The notes beneath the pieces were generated by a model. That model made no database searches and was not told the DNA's origin. It saw only the letters and a list, made by a program, of their open reading frames with translations. A DNA stretch of 64,000 bases from Amoebidium appalachense (taxonomy: Eukaryota > Protista > Ichthyosporea): the NCBI GenBank assembly GCA_963693365.1, contig CAVNZM010000012.1:3690792-3754791 (forward strand), read 5' to 3'. Shown piece after piece: positions 58,465 to 64,000 of the stretch; the first letter of the stretch is position 1; each line of letters opens with the position of its first letter. Made by a program: the position numbers and the translations under genes.

Positions 58465-58746
58465 GAGCGCCCCCAGGCCCCCACCGCAGAATCGGGGCAA
58501 AGGTGCTTTGGACCATCACCCAATAAACCTGGCACCAGTGAGCAAGCAGGTCTTGCAATATGTCTCAAAGACACTGCGCCCGGGGCTTGGGGGGCTGGGA
58601 GTGGCAAGTGGGGCACGGAAGGACCAGGAGGCGGGCGAGGCACGTGCGCTGGGGGGACACAGGAGCCCCCCCAGCCACCCCCGGCCACCCCCAGCCACCC
58701 AGCCCCCCAGGCCCGGATGGGTGGCAGATATGGACTGGACCCGGGT

Positions 58747-59622
58747 TTATTGGCGTGCCGCGGCGGCCCAGGCAGCAAACGCCGTGCGGCCATCCGCAAG
58801 CGCCCGCGCGACCTTCCCGGGGTCGACGTCCATGGGCGACGCAAACAGCCTCCGCTCTGGAGCGACCACCACGAGGCGGTCTCCGAGGCGGGTGCGGAGG
58901 TTGGCGAACTCGGTGGCCGCCAGCTCGGTGCCCGAGTCACGCTGCAGAGCATAGCAGAGCTCCATGCCCGTTTTTGGCACGGATTCTGCGGGGCAGTGCG
59001 CCAGCGAGTCGCACAGCACCGTGACGTAGATGCCGTCGAACCCATCTGCGGCATCCTCGAGTGCCTTGGTGAGGGGCACCAGCTCAGAGACCCCGCCGTC
59101 CAGAAACACGGTGCCGTCGTACTCGACGGGGGGGACCGCGAGTGGAAGGGCCGAAGACGCGCGCATGCCGACCTGGTACTCGGGCCCTGTGAACCACCGC
59201 TCCTTCTTGTTGAGGAAGTCCCAGGCGACGCAGTGGCAGCGCGTGTAGATGTCCGCGTCGATGCCCTCCAGAAGCGCCGCCGCACGCTCCTGCAGGGTGA
59301 AGCGGCTGTACGCCGCCCCGTACAGCATTGACCCCACAACCGTCCTCCAGCTTTTCGGAAGCAGCGCCATTGCGCCGCCCCACGGTTCCACAATGTCCTC
59401 CACGCACTTCAGCGTCCCCAGCTCGCGCGCCAGGTCGTCCAGGCGGTCGGCAACCACGAACGGCGCCACCAGCGCGCCGACGGACGTGCCGTACACCCTG
59501 TCGACCTGGTACAGCCCCGACGCGAGCATCCCGTGCATGAACCCGACTTGGAAGCAGCCCTTGACGCCGCCCCCGGGCAGCAGGATCCGCACAAGTGTCC
59601 TGGCTTGGGAGGGTGTGTCCAT
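58747..59622 (-). CDS. Patatin-like phospholipase
   Basis: GGGVKG oxyanion motif, GTSVG nucleophile elbow, RASSALP, DGG catalytic Asp. Confidence 0.92.
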   Translation of the reverse strand: MDTPSQARTLVRILLPGGGVKGCFQVGFMHGMLASGLYQVDRVYGTSVGALVAPFVVADRLDDLARELGTLKCVEDIVEPWGGAMALLPKSWRTVVGSMLYGAAYSRFTLQERAAALLEGIDADIYTRCHCVAWDFLNKKERWFTGPEYQVGMRASSALPLAVPPVEYDGTVFLDGGVSELVPLTKALEDAADGFDGIYVTVLCDSLAHCPAESVPKTGMELCYALQRDSGTELAATEFANLRTRLGDRLVVVAPERRLFASPMDVDPGKVARALADGRTAFAAWAAAARQ

Positions 59623-59654
59623 GTTGATGTAGGGCGCGATAAGAGTTGACGGCT

Positions 59655-60452
59655 TCATTCCAAATCCAGGGCGTTGCACACCGAGACCAGGTTTGCCCTT
59701 GCGCAGTCCAGCACGAAGGCCGCCAGCTCGGAGTAGTCGTGGGGGGGCGGCTGGCTCTGCGCGGCCAGCAGCAGCGAGTGGTAGCGCTCGCGGGAGCTGC
59801 GGTCTGTGTACAACGAGAGGGGAACGGCAATATAGGGCGAGAGCAGCACGCTGACCAACAGACGGGCGACGCGCCCGTTGCCGTTGCTGAACGGGTGGAT
59901 GTAGAGGAACTCCCCGAGGAAACGGGCGGCGACCTGTATGGCACCGAGAACGTCATTGCAGCCTTGGAGTTCGGTGCGTGTCCTTTCGAACAGACGCTTG
60001 AGAGCCTCTTCGATCTTGAACGGTGCAAGGTACTGATGACTGCAGCCTGCGGGAAGCGCAAAGCGCACCCGATACCGTCCAGCGCTATCGAGCAGCCCGT
60101 CCATGACCTTGCGATGGACCTCCCTAGCGAGCTCCACCGTAAACGTGCCTGGATCAATCCCCTTCCAAACCCACGGTGTGGGGAACAGCTCGCGAACTGC
60201 TGTAACGACGTTTTTCAGTTTCTTCGATGAGCGCGTGTGTTCGGACGTTTCATCGGGGCAGGAGATCAGCCTCTCAATATGTTCGACTGGGACCTTTTCG
60301 TTTATTTCCAATTCCATCAGGTGCTTGATGTATAACACTAGGTGGTGCGTTGTGTATCCCTGCATGAACAAAGCGCTGCTCTTATCGTTATCCAAAAACG
60401 TGCGCACCAGGTGGAGGCAGCGCACAACAGCCCCTTCGCTGAGTTGAGACAT
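59655..60452 (-). CDS. Fic-domain protein (putative AMPylase); start uncertain
   Basis: Canonical HPFSNGNGRVAR motif, preceded by HRKVM...AGRYR. Confidence 0.92.
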   Translation of the reverse strand: MSQLSEGAVVRCLHLVRTFLDNDKSSALFMQGYTTHHLVLYIKHLMELEINEKVPVEHIERLISCPDETSEHTRSSKKLKNVVTAVRELFPTPWVWKGIDPGTFTVELAREVHRKVMDGLLDSAGRYRVRFALPAGCSHQYLAPFKIEEALKRLFERTRTELQGCNDVLGAIQVAARFLGEFLYIHPFSNGNGRVARLLVSVLLSPYIAVPLSLYTDRSSRERYHSLLLAAQSQPPPHDYSELAAFVLDCARANLVSVCNALDLE

Positions 60453-60554
60453 CACGGTGTTGAACCGACAGATAAAGTACCACAAACTATCAAAATCGAC
60501 CTTTACGTCACACGGCAACAACCCGGCCCATATCCACCTGCGCGTTCACCACCC

Positions 60555-60770
60555 TGTTCTCCTGCCCCCCGCCCCCTACCCAGTCCACCGATTTCTCCAC
60601 AAACCAGAGAGAACACGGCAGTGCCCATGAACGTTTGGCCCGTGATTTGCTAGAGAACAGCATCGCCGGTCCCCCCCATGTCTCCCGGAACCCAAGAGAA
60701 CACCATGGCATCCCCAACCATGTCTCCCGGATCCTTGGAGAACAGGTGCCGGGGGTGGACCCTGTTCGCC
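60555..60770. repeat. Short-repeat cluster GAGAACA/TGTTCTC
   Basis: TGTTCTC at 60555; GAGAACA at ~60610, 60653, 60696 and 60738; TGTTCGC at 60763. CCATGTCTCCCGGA occurs twice. Confidence 0.55.
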
Positions 60771-61514
60771 GATTGCTTTTTCCTAGGAGCGGGGCCTGGG
60801 GGCATGAGGGGCACGCGAGGCACGGATGGCACAGTGGTCTCACGGGTCTGTGTGCCACAGGCGCCCCCCCCAGGCCCCCCCAGGCCCCCGGAACAGGCAA
60901 CGCGGAACCACAACTTCGTTCCAAAGCAGCGCCAGATGTGCCAATAAACGGCCAAAGCAGCGCGCAGTTGGCTACCCCGCTATTCGATCTGATTGGTCGA
61001 AAGCGTTCAAGATCCTGACCAAGGTTTCAGAATCTGTTTGTAATCGTTGATAGGACTATTTCTTCGCGATTTCTATTAGAAATGTGACCGAATTGTTTAT
61101 AAAACTACCTTGAATATGAAATTAGGTATAAAACGTTTGATTTTATTCTTATGTTTGGTTCTAAGGGATAGAAGAGAAAAAGGCATCAGCTGTCATTGAA
61201 AAATCTTGAAGCACTGGCATTGCCTGCTCTTCGCGGGATCTGATTGGATCTTGAATTGGGTGTGATCCAATCCCCAGCAGCCAATCGTGCAGTTTGGTGA
61301 TCTGGATCTGAAAGCATTCTCCCAATCAAACGCGTGACTGGATATCATTTCGTCAGCATCAGTTGGGAATTGGCTTCTAAGGGCACGGCACAGCTGATAG
61401 GGTGTCACTTTCACACACCTTCTGTAGTGTCAACATCAAAGGCTTTGAAGTCGCTTGTTAGGTCGCCTTTTACTGATTTTTCGCTTTGCACCCCCATTTC
61501 TACACACACACACC

Positions 61515-62378
61515 ATGGAACAAGTAGGCAAGCGCAGCTACAAATGGCTGACCGATCACCTTTTCACTAAGAACACCAAGGACAAATACATGGTCAAGTG
61601 CCGCGCTTGTGTCGCTGACATGCACAGCGACCAGATCCCCTCGCATGTGAAGGTGTGCAGGGAATTAAACCACTGCCAGGACGCCATCCTTGCCCTCGTC
61701 GCCGCAGAGAACGCCGTCGGGCCCGCGCGCGACAAGGTGCGTCCGTTGGTCACGGAGTTCGGGGGGTGCGCCGTGGCTGCACAGTCCGTCGTGCCGGGTC
61801 TGCGCCAGTACCTGCAGCAGCCTGGGCGCAACGTCGTGGGCGCGGCTAAGGCACGGGCGGTGGCGCAGGCGCTCCACGACATGGCAGAGGCGGCTCGGGC
61901 TGTTAAGGACGGGTATGTGGGTTTTTGGTCGGCGGAGGATGCTGTGGAGCGCAACAAGCAAGCGCTGCGCCATCGGATTGCCGAACGTGTCCACCGCCGC
62001 CAGGGCGGGGAGGGGCCCGGCCAGTTCGCCTACGTTCCCCGCCCCCCCGGTTCTCCCCGTCCAAACCTCGTCCCCTTTGCGCTCACACCCGGGGAGCTTG
62101 CAAGTGGCAACGTGCTCCGGCAGTGCGAGATATTTCTGTTTGATCGAGTGCAGAGGGATCCGAAGTACCCTCCCGGGAAACGTATCGACTCGGACGATGT
62201 GTGGGGGGCGGAGGAGAGAGACTCTGCTCTTGCGGCATCGATCGATGAGTGGGCGGTGGAGGTTCCCGTTTGGTGGGATGAGGGCAACCACTATTTTGTT
62301 CAGGACATGGAGATGATTGAGCAGCGCCTGCGGGAGGGGTATGATTGGGTGATGAAGGTTGTTGCGGAGCTTGAGTGA
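61515..62378 (+). CDS. Hypothetical protein with an N-terminal BED-like zinc finger
   Basis: WLTDHLF...VKCRAC...SHVKVC pattern in a 287-aa ATG ORF. Confidence 0.6.
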   Translation: MEQVGKRSYKWLTDHLFTKNTKDKYMVKCRACVADMHSDQIPSHVKVCRELNHCQDAILALVAAENAVGPARDKVRPLVTEFGGCAVAAQSVVPGLRQYLQQPGRNVVGAAKARAVAQALHDMAEAARAVKDGYVGFWSAEDAVERNKQALRHRIAERVHRRQGGEGPGQFAYVPRPPGSPRPNLVPFALTPGELASGNVLRQCEIFLFDRVQRDPKYPPGKRIDSDDVWGAEERDSALAASIDEWAVEVPVWWDEGNHYFVQDMEMIEQRLREGYDWVMKVVAELE

Positions 62379-62862
62379 GGGCTGAGGGGGGAGGGTTGAT
62401 GGGGGGTGTTAGCATGAGCTAGATGGGGGGGTTGGTTTGATGGGATGGTGTTAGCATGTTAGCATGAGAGGGCTTGGAAGTTGGTTGATGTGCTTCCGGG
62501 AGATAAGCTTGTTTGTTTATTGGCCGCTGTGCTGGCTGATTATATCTGTGTCGCTTTTTGAATAAAAACCCAAACCTGGTAGTACCAGAAGACCAAGGAA
62601 TGGGCTGTGGAGGAAGTAGGGGAAGTGGGGGAAAAATTCCACCACTTCCAATTCCCGGGCCAGGGGCAACGCGAGACCCCGGCCCCCACTGCCACCGTGC
62701 TCCGCTGCTTCTTGGGGAATAGGGGTATAAAGACAGGATGGATGGCAAAGGGGGGTCAGAGCAGGTTGGGCCCAAACAATATTTTCTCTCTCTTAAGTGA
62801 TGCACTCGTCAAAAAAACAGTCGTTCCTCATGTCACCGTCTCCACCCCCTTACACCACAAGC

Positions 62863-64000
62863 ATGGGCGCCCAGAGAGAAGCTGACCGTGAAGGTGACAC
62901 GGCATCCGCCAAACGCGCCCGTCTCGACGTGCAGCGGTTCACATTTGCTAACGGCGAGTTCGCCGGCCGAAGCGTGCGCACATGCCTTACGGACCCGCCC
63001 CTTGCCAGCGCAAGCGACATCATCATGGCTGTCAACACATGCGACCGCAAGACGGCACTCAATGCCTGGGAGTACCAGCAGAAGCAGCCATGGGCAATTT
63101 CGGAATCAACGTCTGAATTTTTCAGACGTTGGAAGTTTGATGGGCGGAACGAATCGGTTGGTTTGTGTGTCTGACTGCCAAGCAGGTGGTCAAGCTGATA
63201 AACGCGCTTCCTGGGGCAAAGGCCGCAGCTTTCCGCGAAAAGTGCGCGGACGTGTTCGTGCGCTACCTTGGAGGCGACGACAGTCTCGTGTCCGAGATTG
63301 CTCAGAACCGTGCCGTGGCCGCCGCCGATCCCTCAAGCGCCCAGGCCTTTGCTGCTGCATCTGTCCCCACCGCACCGCCTGTCACCTACACTCCTGCCCA
63401 GCTGGAGTACTTTGTTAACTCTGGCACAGTCACACTCGAGGCTGCTGTGGGGCTGTTTGAGCGTGTCACGATTGCGCGAAACACAACGCCTGAAGTCCTA
63501 ATCGAGCGCGAGAAGCAGACGACCATCCAGCTCGAGACCGAGAAGGCAGTGGCCGAGGAGCGCGAGCGCCGCGAGACGCTGCTGGCACACACCCGTCTCC
63601 TCCACGAGCAGGCCAAGGAGGCCAACGCGCTGACGAAGCGGCTGGACGAGCGCTACTACCTCACACGCCAGCTCAACGCCCGCCACACGGCCGAGGCGCG
63701 CGGCGGCCCGTGCTTCTATTTCGTCGACGCCCTGGACTCCACCCTGATGTTTGGCTGCACGGGGCAGAGCATTGCGCGCCGCTACCGCCGCGAAAAGATG
63801 CGTCGAATCGTGCTCAACGGGGTGTTGTTTGCGCTGGCCGCGCAGGACAAGGCAATGGCAGCGGCCATGGAGGGTGCGTTCAAGAGTCTGGTGCGCGAGT
63901 CTGCTGCAACAATGCGTCTCAGCAACTGTGAGGGGCTCGCCAACAACTATGACATGTTCAAGCTGGTCATGGAGAAGTGGAACGGATTGGCGGGCGAGGA
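62863..64000 (+). CDS. Bro-N-like DNA-binding domain, coiled coil and degenerate GIY-YIG/T5orf172-like domain; frameshift at ~63160; runs off the window
   Basis: Frame 1 ...WKFDGRNES, then the -1 frame gives CLTAKQVVKLINALPGAKAAAFREKCADVFVRYLGGDDSLVSEIAQNR...GPCFYFVDALDSTLMFGCTGQSIARRY...MEGAFK, open to 64000. Confidence 0.7.

Larger units (their letters stand above)
39800..64000. mobile_element. Endogenous viral element or large mobile element (intronless gene island; left boundary approximate, continues past the window end)
   Basis: Abrupt loss of introns and microsatellites. Dense single-exon ORFs of types common in large DNA viruses (D5-like SF3 helicase, Bro-N-like, PD-(D/E)XK, patatin, Fic, zinc fingers). 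No virion hallmark gene is visible. Confidence 0.75.

Noticed and set aside
58461-60230. Long alternative-frame ORFs over patatin and Fic
   Set aside because: They are shadow ORFs of GC-rich coding sequence.

Overview
Eukaryotic genomic window with two sharply different halves. Bases 1 to ~38.5 kb are host-like DNA with GT-AG introns full of (CA)n/(GT)n/(GA)n and poly-C/poly-G runs. They carry five spliced genes: the 3' part of a PNGase F-like gene, a cytochrome P450, an E. coli-type riboflavin synthase, an S28 serine peptidase with a nested intron-containing tRNA-Tyr, and an AMPK/MARK-family kinase. A hAT-type MITE lies at 38.3 kb. From ~39.8 kb to the window end the DNA is intronless, gene-dense and microsatellite-poor, and looks like an endogenous virus or large mobile element. 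It encodes two SF3 (D5/DUF5906-like) helicases plus a truncated paralog, four PD-(D/E)XK-like nucleases, C2H2/MYND/BED zinc fingers, patatin, Fic and Bro-N-like proteins. No capsid, polB, packaging ATPase or integrase is visible, so the element class is not determined. The most unusual signals are four. (i) The same putative winged-helix C-terminal domain is fused either to the helicase or to the nuclease, and several bidirectional iteron-like clusters lie nearby, each with a different motif. (ii) GC-rich imperfect hairpins separate genes like cassettes and sit at duplication and truncation breakpoints. (iii) A 92-bp array and its inverted copy flank two convergent genes. (iv) Those two genes surround a 1.5-kb CCCTAA-containing 22-bp minisatellite. 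All family calls come from motif recognition by eye; no database search was run, and exon boundaries are manual.
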